From a virus (taxonomy: Duplodnaviria > Caudoviricetes): a stretch of 56,190 bases of DNA. Positions 40,805 through 49,997 of this stretch are shown here, piece by piece. Every line of letters starts with the position of its first letter. Within the stretch, counting starts at the first letter, position 1. The notes beneath the pieces were generated by a model. The model was given only the letters and a program-made list of their open reading frames with translations. It ran no database searches and was not told the origin of the DNA. The stretch covers positions 1 through 56,190 of the IMG/VR virus record IMGVR_UViG_3300047476_001428. One strand, 5' to 3'. Both the position numbers and the translations under genes were made by a program.

Positions 40805-42052
40805 TTATAAATTTCCTGTGATTCTATTACACCAGTCTTTAGAAACTGAGTGAGGCCAAACAACCCAATACTTTGGTTTATGTTCTGTTTGGAATTCTCT
40901 CCATACTTTACAGTAACCATCAGGGTCGTTCATCATTCTATTGATTTCATCTTTGTCAGCATCTTTTCTGAATAAGGTTTCATCATTTTCACCGTGGAAA
41001 GCGACAACCCAAAAATCATAATCTTTTTCAGGGACTTGTGAGAATCCAATATCGATACAATGTTTGAATACTTGAGCAAAATTTTTCTTCCATTCTTCTT
41101 CAGATTCAAAGTTATATGGATTTGGTGGGTAATTCTTATCTAACGTATACTGTTGAACCGCTCTCTTTTCAAATAAAAGACCTGAATATTTTTCATAATC
41201 TCGTAATGTTCTAACAGGTCCAAAACCATAAGGTCCATCATGACCTTCTTGTTTTTCACCATCCATACCAAATAATTTTCTATTGGTAAAATGTGAATGA
41301 CTATTTTTTTCACCCCAAGATTTATCGTCATCCCATTGTTTTGTTCTACCTTTACGAGTATATTCGTGCCAAATCAAAACTTTATGTGGGTGGAACAAAT
41401 CATAACCCCAAGTGTAAGCTCTTGCGGCAATTGATATTTCTTCACCGTGAAAATAATATTCAGGATTGTGTTGCACTTCTGTTGAGAATTGTCCCAAAGT
41501 AAAACAATAATGTGCTGAATAGAAACGAGAGGTAATTGGTTCGGTCATATCTCTCCAACCTGGTATTGTTTCAGGTAAGAAGAATACCGCACCTTCAGGA
41601 ATGAATCTATCAAACACCATTCTCCAAGGTTCTTGCATTCTACCTTGAGGGTCATTATCTGGGTCAAACGAAGAAACATAACCCGTTAACAATGGTTTTT
41701 CATGTCCTTTCTTTTGAAGTTGTTTAATCATCTTAATCATTTCATCATCCCAATTGGGTGCGAATCTCATATGTGAATCGATTTGAAGTGTATACTCTTC
41801 ACCTTGATACAATTGTTGGACTTGGTGTCTTGCCCAACAAACACCTTTTGATTCTTGATAAGGAATGTTAAGGATTCTAAATCTTTTATCGTTTTCGTAT
41901 TCTGACATGTTATCAAACCCGTCTTCAGGGTGAAACTGTCTTGCAATACCAATTCTTAAATTTTTTGGTTTTTTGGCATTCTCAATCATGTTTTTGATTG
42001 TGTGAACCAACTGAGGGTCACGATAAGAAGCAATTTGAACAAATATTTTCAT
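40805..42052 (-). CDS. GT60-like UDP-GlcNAc:polypeptide/hydroxyproline GlcNAc-transferase
   Basis: 'IFVQIASYRDP', 'SKGVCWAR', 'LQIDSHMRF..NWD', 'FHGEEI..AARAYT.GYD' and 'WHEY.R' match the Gnt1/GT60 pattern. Confidence 0.82.
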   Translation of the reverse strand: MKIFVQIASYRDPQLVHTIKNMIENAKKPKNLRIGIARQFHPEDGFDNMSEYENDKRFRILNIPYQESKGVCWARHQVQQLYQGEEYTLQIDSHMRFAPNWDDEMIKMIKQLQKKGHEKPLLTGYVSSFDPDNDPQGRMQEPWRMVFDRFIPEGAVFFLPETIPGWRDMTEPITSRFYSAHYCFTLGQFSTEVQHNPEYYFHGEEISIAARAYTWGYDLFHPHKVLIWHEYTRKGRTKQWDDDKSWGEKNSHSHFTNRKLFGMDGEKQEGHDGPYGFGPVRTLRDYEKYSGLLFEKRAVQQYTLDKNYPPNPYNFESEEEWKKNFAQVFKHCIDIGFSQVPEKDYDFWVVAFHGENDETLFRKDADKDEINRMMNDPDGYCKVWREFQTEHKPKYWVVWPHSVSKDWCNRITGNL

Positions 42053-42106
42053 GAAAATAGTTTTTCAAAAAAATATCAAAGGAATTGAAAAAGTTAATAG
42101 GAAAAA

Positions 42107-43282
42107 TTAAGTAAATGTCAATTTCCAATTCACTAACTCGTGGTTATCATTTGAACCACCTGTGGCGGCACCAAATCCCATATAGTAACTTGTTGAATCA
42201 AATGTAAATCCTGTGTAGGTAAATTGAGACGAGCCAGGTTTTGTACTTGTTGTTGAAATGTATAAATTGGCCGTTGAAGTTGCATGATTATAATCCAACC
42301 AGTAATACAATGTTTGTCTCCAACTTGTTCCATAAGATTGACTACCTTGAGAAACGCTACTTTCCCACCATGTTACATCATTATTACCAAATGTCGTAAA
42401 ACTAAGAGCATTTATTGTTGATAAAGAATCTATTCTACTAACACCTCCACCAGCGAGTCCTGTTGAATTATTTGTTGTTGTCCACTGAACACAATATCCG
42501 TCAGCGCCAGTTCCTCCACCAATAATGAACTCCCATTGAGCTGAGAAATTTCTATTATATTGGATTGCACTTGTTCTATAGACATTACCCGATTGACCAT
42601 TTGTATTTGTTGTTAAATAAAGAATGTTTGATGATAATGTTGTACTACCAACAGAAACCGTATCTGCTGTTGATGCGAAGTTTGTATAATCAAATCCTTG
42701 TAAATTTGGTGTGTTTGTTGGGGTTGGTGTTGGTGTTTCTGTTGGTGTTTCTGTTACCGTAGGTGTTGGAGTTCCTGTTGGTGTTTCTGTTACCGTAGGT
42801 GTTGGAGTTCCTGTTGGTGTTTCTGTTACCGTAGGTGTTGGAGTTCCTGTTGGTGTTTCTGTTACCGTAGGTGTTGGCGTTTCTGTTGGTGTTTCTGTTA
42901 CCGTAGGTGTTGGCGTTTCTGTTGGTGTTTGAGTAGGAGTTTCGGTATATGTAGGTGTTACAGTTAGAGTTGGTGTTGGTGATTCAGTAACTGTTGGTGT
43001 AATGGTAGGCGTTACCGTTAGACTTGGTGTTGGAGTTATAGTTGGTGTTAATGTAGGTGTTGGTGTTGGACACGCACCGCTAACAATTAATGGATATGTT
43101 GTGTCACTCCCTGAGAAATACATAAAATAACTCCCCTGTGGAGTTCCATCTGCAGGAAAAAATGTAAACGGGATAGTTTCTTCACCCAACAAATATGTTA
43201 GATTAGTTCCATCTTCCAAAAAAGTCACTTGACAAGTTTGTCCTGAAAATTTAACACTTGAAATTAATACACCACAAGCCAT
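42107..43282 (-). CDS. Virion surface-like protein: N-terminal domain, Pro/Thr mucin-like linker, legume (L-type) lectin domain
   Basis: About 120 aa of TP/PT repeats; C-terminal 'LYLT......GNVY', 'GADG', '[22 protein letters not shown]' L-lectin signature. Confidence 0.8.
   Translation of the reverse strand: MACGVLISSVKFSGQTCQVTFLEDGTNLTYLLGEETIPFTFFPADGTPQGSYFMYFSGSDTTYPLIVSGACPTPTPTLTPTITPTPSLTVTPTITPTVTESPTPTLTVTPTYTETPTQTPTETPTPTVTETPTETPTPTVTETPTGTPTPTVTETPTGTPTPTVTETPTGTPTPTVTETPTETPTPTPTNTPNLQGFDYTNFASTADTVSVGSTTLSSNILYLTTNTNGQSGNVYRTSAIQYNRNFSAQWEFIIGGGTGADGYCVQWTTTNNSTGLAGGGVSRIDSLSTINALSFTTFGNNDVTWWESSVSQGSQSYGTSWRQTLYYWLDYNHATSTANLYISTTSTKPGSSQFTYTGFTFDSTSYYMGFGAATGGSNDNHELVNWKLTFT
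42739..42930. repeat. 36-bp coding tandem repeat, about 5.3 copies
   Basis: Unit CTGTTGGTGTTTCTGTTACCGTAGGTGTTGG(A/C)GTT(C/T) at 42739, 42775, 42811, 42847 and 42883; encodes TPT(G/E)TPTPTVTE on the minus strand. Confidence 0.95.
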
Positions 43283-43284
43283 TT

Positions 43285-45438
43285 TTAATAAATATATTGG
43301 TAAGTAAAGTCACCCTCTATATTAACATCACAGTTCTTACAGTATGGGTTTAATAGTTTATATTTGTTTTTCAACACTCTTGCGTTGTGCTGTATTTCAG
43401 GAACCGACAATGGTTTGGCATATAGACTAAATGTTGAAATACCCCCATCAAAAGTTCCCGCAAAATTTTGTTCAATTAATATATTAGTTGTTAAAGCGCT
43501 TAAACTTGTTCCACTTAAAATATTTGGTGGGAATAATTCAGGGTCTTGTATATACTCGTTATAAAGTGATGAAGGTAATCCACTGAAAACTAAATTTTCG
43601 TGTAAACCTTGTGTTCCACCACCCCAAGAAATATTAAACGGTACCCCAACTTGTGTTTCTTTTGGTCCATATAATCCACGAGGAATAATTTCTTCAAAAT
43701 CATCAAATGTAACAAAATGTTTTCCATTCACATAAATTTTTAATTTACCTTTACGGTAATCTTTTTCTAACAGCCAATTATTGTTTAAGTCAACCAATTC
43801 AATAACTGGTGGGATTAATTGGTAATGTGTTATTGGTGGTGATATCAACGAAACAGAGTTTTGGTCTGTAGATGCGGTGTATGGAACTGATGTTATTACA
43901 CCTAATCCTCCACGATAAACCAAATCACAAGTATCAAACCAAGTGTATCGTTCAAATACAACATCAACTAACACCCAATGTTCTTGGTTATCATATGTCG
44001 TACCACTACAATCATCGTATATTCCTTTGGTAGAACAATAATTGTTAATAGAATAACCTGTAACCGATTCTCTACCTAATGTTTCACACGCTCCTGTAAA
44101 AATACAATCACCTGTAAATGTTAATGTTCTTGCACAAATTTTTGGATTACGTGGGTCACCACTAAATTTAATCGCTAAGGCGTTTGACATTGAATCGTAC
44201 CATGTGTTCAAATCGTCCACCCAATCTTGAGGTCCTGTACAACATGGTGTATTGGTATAATGATAATTTGTCGTACCTGTTGGGGGGTAAACAGGATAAC
44301 AGTTTGAAACAGCATATTCTAAAAAGTCTGGTTTGTCTACCAGCCAAAACTCAAATTCTGATGGGTGTACTCGTTCGGTTACTGTAAACCCTATATATCC
44401 TGTGGACGCTGTGTAACCAGTAACGGTACCAATAACATAACTTTCAAAATCGTGATAAACCAATATGTCGTCACCCGTCATCCATGATAAGTTTGGAGTA
44501 ATCCAAAGATTACCACTTGATGTGTACATGTCAAAATACGTGGTCGATGATGATGTATAACCAGGGTTTAAGTCTTTACACATACAAGTTGTTTCACCTG
44601 TTAATGTTTCTGTCACACGAGTGTAGGCTGTATACCCTGAATTTGAACCGTTTGCATGGTGCCAATATTTGTTTTCAGCACGTGTTCCCATATAAAAGAA
44701 AATCCCTGCGTTATCAGGATAATAATCATTTAATGTTGTTTGACCCGATTGAGGTAAATACTCATCGTATAATCTTGGCTTTAATGTTAATTCAACGGAC
44801 CAACCTTTATGATATCTTTCAGGTAAGATTTGGTAATCATACCCAAACAATTCATAAAATCCTTGATAAAAACCACCATATAATTCGTGATAAATTCCAA
44901 CATCTGCAGCATTATATGAAACAACTTCATACATTGTTCCTGCGGTAACACCTGAAAATCTATGATTTGGGTTCCAAGTATAACCTGTTACTTGGTGCAT
45001 TTTTAATCGTCTATCAAACTTTTTTCTATCAAATTTGTCAACATCTGGTAATAATCCATTTGTGAATGTAATCGTCTCACCCGTCATTTGTGTTACCAAA
45101 CCATTATCAGTACCTGTAAGTCCAATATCACAAATTGTTTTTGATGAAAAACAACTTAAATCTAACTGTAAGTCATTATAATAATTTTCTGAAATAATAA
45201 TATTTTCAGGTACGTATTCACCATAATTCAAAATATATCCTTCACTTGAACCCGAACTATTTAAGTTCATTTTTACAGGTAAAACATTACCATCGTTAAC
45301 ACCAATAATGAATGGTGAGAACACAACTTCTTCGTTATATTCACGTTCATCGTTGGATAATGATAGGTCTTCAACTTGCTGAACAGGTTGTAAATACCAC
45401 TTATTATAGACATATTGATTAATGTTCTGATAAGACAT
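43285..45438 (-). CDS. Virion structural protein with a LamG/concanavalin A-like fold
   Basis: '[10 protein letters not shown]' and '[23 protein letters not shown]' LamG-type ending; Cys-rich inserts. Confidence 0.6.
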   Translation of the reverse strand: MSYQNINQYVYNKWYLQPVQQVEDLSLSNDEREYNEEVVFSPFIIGVNDGNVLPVKMNLNSSGSSEGYILNYGEYVPENIIISENYYNDLQLDLSCFSSKTICDIGLTGTDNGLVTQMTGETITFTNGLLPDVDKFDRKKFDRRLKMHQVTGYTWNPNHRFSGVTAGTMYEVVSYNAADVGIYHELYGGFYQGFYELFGYDYQILPERYHKGWSVELTLKPRLYDEYLPQSGQTTLNDYYPDNAGIFFYMGTRAENKYWHHANGSNSGYTAYTRVTETLTGETTCMCKDLNPGYTSSSTTYFDMYTSSGNLWITPNLSWMTGDDILVYHDFESYVIGTVTGYTASTGYIGFTVTERVHPSEFEFWLVDKPDFLEYAVSNCYPVYPPTGTTNYHYTNTPCCTGPQDWVDDLNTWYDSMSNALAIKFSGDPRNPKICARTLTFTGDCIFTGACETLGRESVTGYSINNYCSTKGIYDDCSGTTYDNQEHWVLVDVVFERYTWFDTCDLVYRGGLGVITSVPYTASTDQNSVSLISPPITHYQLIPPVIELVDLNNNWLLEKDYRKGKLKIYVNGKHFVTFDDFEEIIPRGLYGPKETQVGVPFNISWGGGTQGLHENLVFSGLPSSLYNEYIQDPELFPPNILSGTSLSALTTNILIEQNFAGTFDGGISTFSLYAKPLSVPEIQHNARVLKNKYKLLNPYCKNCDVNIEGDFTYQYIY

Positions 45439-45443
45439 ATAAC

Positions 45444-45469
45444 ATAAATACCTTTGACGCAGTATTTAT
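45444..45469. promoter_or_regulatory. Back-to-back TATTTAT motifs (divergent putative late promoters)
   Basis: ATAAATA at 45444-45450 (TATTTAT on the minus strand) and TATTTAT at 45463-45469, between divergent genes. Confidence 0.65.
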
Positions 45470-45484
45470 AGTAAAAAAATAATC

Positions 45485-46291
45485 ATGATTGATTTTGGTA
45501 AAGAATATTATTCAGACAACACCTACTTCTTTCTAAAGAAAAGAACAAAGAATATTGATGTCTATTTTTCAGTTGGAGATACTTTAACTGAGGCGAGAAA
45601 CATTGATGAGTTAATTTCTCTTCCTTTAAGTGCCGAATCCAATATTAAAAGATTGGTGGAAAAAGTTATAAAATCTAAAAAGAAATTTTCTAAATCAGAT
45701 ATTAGAAATTTAATTAAAAAAGTTTCACCTGAAAAAAAGGAAAAAGAAGAGATTGAAGAATTAATTGATTTTGACGGAACATTAAACAATTCCAAAATTC
45801 CAATTCACGACCCAACATTGTCTCCAATAAACACTATGGACACAATTGTAAGAGCAACTAGACAACCAAGTAATCCATTAACTCGTGGTTATAGAATTTA
45901 TTATGGTGAGAGTGTTCAAAGAGAAGAGGATATGTCAAAAGCTTTTGGTTATGAAGAAACTAAAGATTTACCGCCAGATGAAACAATTAAAGTTTTAGCT
46001 GATATGGGAGTTGAAGACCCTGAAGGTAGAGCAATGGAATTTGGTAAAGACCCAAAATTTGATAAGAAAAAGAAAAAAGGGGCTGATATGAGAATTTTAA
46101 CATTGGAAAGAGAAAAAATGATTAAGGTTCTTGAGGATATCTTAACCAAAAAAAGTAAAGATACTGATGTCCAATCAAAAGAAATAAACGCATCTAAATT
46201 ACTTATGAAAAACTTAAAGACATTGAAAAAAATGGCTGAAAAAGAAGGTTTAAGTAATTCGGATATTATGAAACTAATGAAAAGTGAATAA
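45485..46291 (+). CDS. Hypothetical protein
   Basis: 268-aa Lys/Glu-rich ORF, first gene of the rightward operon. Confidence 0.7.
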   Translation: MIDFGKEYYSDNTYFFLKKRTKNIDVYFSVGDTLTEARNIDELISLPLSAESNIKRLVEKVIKSKKKFSKSDIRNLIKKVSPEKKEKEEIEELIDFDGTLNNSKIPIHDPTLSPINTMDTIVRATRQPSNPLTRGYRIYYGESVQREEDMSKAFGYEETKDLPPDETIKVLADMGVEDPEGRAMEFGKDPKFDKKKKKGADMRILTLEREKMIKVLEDILTKKSKDTDVQSKEINASKLLMKNLKTLKKMAEKEGLSNSDIMKLMKSE

Positions 46292-46754
46292 TCAACTTTA
46301 CGATAAAGTTTGGCAGTTTCCACAACATATGCAACAACATATGAGAATATGTTTTGCTAAAGTTAAAAATGCCGATGCTAATGTTGAAGGATACAATCGT
46401 AATAGAAGATTACAAACAGCAACTCAAGTTGGATACCCTGAATTAAAAAGAATAAAGAATTTTTTTGATTCATATTCTGGAAATCCACAAGACGCACCAT
46501 TCATATTAAATGGTGAGAACAAAATGAAAGATTTTGTAAACTCAGTATTATCAGGAGCAAGACAATCTTTATCTACCTCGAAGGACATTAGAAATAATAC
46601 GGGCATGACTGGTACAAAACCTGAATTGGCTGACCCTAATGTTAATTTGAATATTTCTCAAGATACCGCAAATAAAAGTACTATTGAAAAGTATGACTTA
46701 CAAGTAACTGAAAGCCTTAAAAGGATAAATGAATTAATAACAAAAATTTTATAA
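46284..46754 (+). CDS. Hypothetical protein
   Basis: 156 aa, GTG start overlapping the previous gene; 'YPELKRIKNFF' segment. Confidence 0.65.
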   Translation: MNNQLYDKVWQFPQHMQQHMRICFAKVKNADANVEGYNRNRRLQTATQVGYPELKRIKNFFDSYSGNPQDAPFILNGENKMKDFVNSVLSGARQSLSTSKDIRNNTGMTGTKPELADPNVNLNISQDTANKSTIEKYDLQVTESLKRINELITKIL

Positions 46755-46756
46755 CT

Positions 46757-47047
46757 ATGGAAAAATTACCTTTAGATTTTTCACAACCAGCTAACAGATT
46801 AACTGCAATTGCTGATACTGAAAGAAAAAAGAATCTTGTTAAAAATGACTATAAACAACAAGGAAATGAATACTCATCAACTAATCCTGATGCCATGGGT
46901 GATGGTGATACTTTAGGTCGTGGTACTGGTTCGTTCTTAGATGTTTACAATGGTTTAGCGGGAACTTCAGTTGATATTACTGAAAGAAAAAATGAAATCA
47001 AAATCAATAAATACCAACCAAACAAACCATACAAGGTAGAAGGTTAA
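46757..47047 (+). CDS. Hypothetical protein
   Basis: 96 aa, tightly coupled in the operon. Confidence 0.65.
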   Translation: MEKLPLDFSQPANRLTAIADTERKKNLVKNDYKQQGNEYSSTNPDAMGDGDTLGRGTGSFLDVYNGLAGTSVDITERKNEIKINKYQPNKPYKVEG

Positions 47048-47048
47048 C

Positions 47049-47444
47049 ATGAAACTTTTAGGTTCGTTAAAATCATTAATAACTGAGGCAGCATCAATTG
47101 ACGATATCAAAAAATCAATTGAGCAAAGACAAGTATGCTCGATTTATTATGAGGGTGATGAACCAGGTGGTAGAGGTTTAAGAGAAATAGAACCTGTTGC
47201 TTTAGGTCGTTCAAAAGCAGGTAACTTAGTGTTAAGAGCTTGGGATAAAGAAGGTTCTTCTCATACCGCTTATAAAGGTGAACAACCGCTCCCATCTTGG
47301 AGATTATTTCGTGTTGATAAAATAACTATGTATAAACCTTTACGTGATATCTTTACAGAACCTAAACCAGGCTATAACTTTAACGGTGATAAGAGTATGA
47401 CCCAAGTTATAGTTATCGCTAAATTCCCAACACAAACAGTTTAA
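47049..47444 (+). CDS. Stand-alone WYL-domain protein
   Basis: 'SIYY.......REIEPVALG......VLRAW.....WRLFRVDKI' WYL signature; no HTH domain. Confidence 0.8.
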   Translation: MKLLGSLKSLITEAASIDDIKKSIEQRQVCSIYYEGDEPGGRGLREIEPVALGRSKAGNLVLRAWDKEGSSHTAYKGEQPLPSWRLFRVDKITMYKPLRDIFTEPKPGYNFNGDKSMTQVIVIAKFPTQTV

Positions 47445-47446
47445 TT

Positions 47447-48037
47447 ATGAATAACGAATTAATGCAAAAATTAGTAGTCGCTAAAAAAATAATGGATGTA
47501 CATAACGGTACACCAAGAGGAAGTGCAAGAAATATATCTATGCCTGAGTTGCAAAATTATGACGCACCTCCAGCAAATTATAATATACCACAAGAATATT
47601 TGTCTGAGGTACAACAGCCTGTTGCTCAAACACAAAATCAATTACCAACAAGAGACAAAATATTAAATTCAAAATTACCAAACGAAATAAAACAATTAAT
47701 GATGGAACATCCAATAGAACAACCTGCAGGTTTTGGTGGACCAACATTATCAAATGAAGTAGTTGAAGCCGCGGCAAGATTAATGAAAACTGATGCTAGA
47801 GGTAACGTACAAGAATCTAACACTCAAAGACAATCTCAAGGACAACCTCAAGGACAATATGTCCCTGGTATTGATTATAGTTTATTAAAATCAATCATCA
47901 GAGACACAATAACCGAAGTTTTAACTGAAAAAGGTTTAGTTGCTGAAAGTTCATCTAAAACAAAAGAGCAAATTAGTTTCAGAGTTGGTCAACACGTATT
48001 TGAAGGTGTTGTAACAAAAATTAAAAAGATGAAATAA
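47447..48037 (+). CDS. Hypothetical protein
   Basis: 196 aa, Gln/Pro-rich middle, 'FRVGQHVFEG' C-terminus. Confidence 0.7.
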   Translation: MNNELMQKLVVAKKIMDVHNGTPRGSARNISMPELQNYDAPPANYNIPQEYLSEVQQPVAQTQNQLPTRDKILNSKLPNEIKQLMMEHPIEQPAGFGGPTLSNEVVEAAARLMKTDARGNVQESNTQRQSQGQPQGQYVPGIDYSLLKSIIRDTITEVLTEKGLVAESSSKTKEQISFRVGQHVFEGVVTKIKKMK

Positions 48038-48086
48038 TACTTTTTTTTATGTGATAAACTTACTATACTTTAGTAAAAGTTTATCT

Positions 48087-49298
48087 ATGTCAAAAATAAA
48101 AATATTAGTATTACCATCCGACAGAACAGGAGTTGGTAAGTTTCGTTCAATTGACCCACACATTTTCTTACAGAATTTATACCCAAATGATTTCCACGTG
48201 GATATCGTTTATGACCCTCCAATGGAGGATATGAACTTTTGGAAAGAATATCCAATTGTACATTTTCATAGAACTATTGGTTTAGATTACGATAAATCAA
48301 AATCATTTATCGAAAAACTAAATGATATGGGTATCATCACCGTTATGGATTTAGATGACTATTGGTTACCAACCAAAGACCACCCAATTCATGATTTGGT
48401 AGTTGTTAATAAAATACACGAAAAAATTATGGCTAACTTAAAAGTTGCCAAGTATGTAATAACAACTACAAGTGTATTTGCAGATGAAATTCGTAAATTA
48501 AATAAAAATGTTGTAGTTTTTCCAAACGCAATTAACCCAAAAGAACCACAGTTTTGTGAAAAGACTGAAAAATCGGACAAATTAAGATTTGGTTGGTTAG
48601 GCGGTTCATCACACTTACATGATTTAACAATCTTAAATGATTTATTTCAAAGAATGGAACCATATAAAGACAAGTCACAAGTTTATCTTTGTGGTTTTGA
48701 TATTAGAGGTACTGTTACTGAGATTAATTCTCAAACTAAAGAACAAACTAGAAGAGATATTAAACCTCATGAAACAGTGTGGTACCAGTTTGAAAATATT
48801 TTCACCGATAAGTTCAAATTGATTAGTCCTGAATACCGAGAATTCTTGGAAAAATTCAAAGAAATGGATGATTCAAATTTTAAGGATGAGTTTTATCACA
48901 GAGTATGGACAAGACCCGTACAATCTTATGCTAAAAATTATGCAAAATTTGATGTATCTTTGGCACCATTGAAAAATCACATTTTTAATAAAGTAAAATC
49001 ACAATTGAAAGTAATTGAGGCAGGTTTCTATAAGAAAGCGTTGATTGCTAGTAATATCGGTCCTTATACTATTGATTTGAAACACTCACTTAACCAAGGT
49101 AATTTTGTTGATGGTAACGCTTTGTTAGTTGATGAAAGTAGAAACCATAGTGATTGGTTCAAATACGTTAAGAAATTAATTGATAACCCGACTTGGGCTG
49201 AAGATTTAGGTGAAAGATTATACGAAACTGTAAAAGACAAGTATGATTTGAATGTTGTTACACACACAAGAGCAGAATTTTATAAATCACTATTATGA
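48087..49298 (+). CDS. GT-B (GT4-like) glycosyltransferase
   Basis: 'DLDDYW', 'FGWLGGSSH..D' and 'DVSLAPL....FNKVKSQLKVIEAG.....IAS...PY'; probable start is the ATG at 48087. Confidence 0.78.
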   Translation: MSKIKILVLPSDRTGVGKFRSIDPHIFLQNLYPNDFHVDIVYDPPMEDMNFWKEYPIVHFHRTIGLDYDKSKSFIEKLNDMGIITVMDLDDYWLPTKDHPIHDLVVVNKIHEKIMANLKVAKYVITTTSVFADEIRKLNKNVVVFPNAINPKEPQFCEKTEKSDKLRFGWLGGSSHLHDLTILNDLFQRMEPYKDKSQVYLCGFDIRGTVTEINSQTKEQTRRDIKPHETVWYQFENIFTDKFKLISPEYREFLEKFKEMDDSNFKDEFYHRVWTRPVQSYAKNYAKFDVSLAPLKNHIFNKVKSQLKVIEAGFYKKALIASNIGPYTIDLKHSLNQGNFVDGNALLVDESRNHSDWFKYVKKLIDNPTWAEDLGERLYETVKDKYDLNVVTHTRAEFYKSLL

Positions 49299-49996
49299 TA
49301 CAACCAGCATTAACTAAAGTTTTATTCTTTGACATTGAAACTGTCGGAATAACAAAAGATTTTCCCGAACTTGAGGAAAAGTACCCCGCATTGGCCAAAC
49401 AATTCCACAATTATTTTGATTGGTTTTTGAAAAGGTTTCCTGAAGACCAAGGATTGACACCTGGTGAGGTTTTTGTAAATAGAGCGGCATTGGTGCCTGA
49501 ATTTTCAAAAATAGTTTGTGCTAGTTTTGCGTTTGTTGGACCTGATGGAAAAACACACGCACAAACTTTTTCAGGTGACAACGAAAAAGAAGTTTTGTCA
49601 GGTATTAATGGGCTTTTAACCAAAGTATTCAAATTAGATTTTTGGTTGTGTGGACATAATATTAAAATGTTTGATATACCAGTATTAAGTAAACGTATGG
49701 TTATCAATGGAATAAAACCATCACCATTATTACCTTCTTACGATACAAAACCATGGGAAATTAAAGCAATTGACACTATGGATGTATGGAAAATGGGTAA
49801 TAACTTTGCATTATCATCGTTGGAACTTATGTGTGCCGCAATGGGTGTAAAATCACCTAAAGAAGGTGAGGTTACAGGTAACCGTGTTCATGAAGCTTAT
49901 TATGACTTTAATCAGCTTGACTTGATTGTTGAGTATTGTGAAAGAGATGTAATGGTACTAATTGACATAATTAAAAAATTAAAAGAACTACAATAA
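49295..49996 (+). CDS. Stand-alone PolB-like 3'-5' exonuclease (DEDDy)
   Basis: FFDIET, GHNIKMFDIP and YCERDV motifs. Confidence 0.85.
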   Translation: MIQPALTKVLFFDIETVGITKDFPELEEKYPALAKQFHNYFDWFLKRFPEDQGLTPGEVFVNRAALVPEFSKIVCASFAFVGPDGKTHAQTFSGDNEKEVLSGINGLLTKVFKLDFWLCGHNIKMFDIPVLSKRMVINGIKPSPLLPSYDTKPWEIKAIDTMDVWKMGNNFALSSLELMCAAMGVKSPKEGEVTGNRVHEAYYDFNQLDLIVEYCERDVMVLIDIIKKLKELQ

Positions 49997-49997
49997 T

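Noticed and set aside
35266-42052. T4-type DNA glucosylation as the role of the left GT array
   Set aside because: No dCMP hydroxymethylase, TET/JBP or alpha/beta-glucosyltransferase-like gene was recognised in the window, and the families and context point to protein or glycan acceptors. Not excluded for the right arm.
42739-42930. 36-bp repeats as a CRISPR array
   Set aside because: The repeats are head-to-tail with no spacers, lie in frame within a protein, and no cas genes are present.
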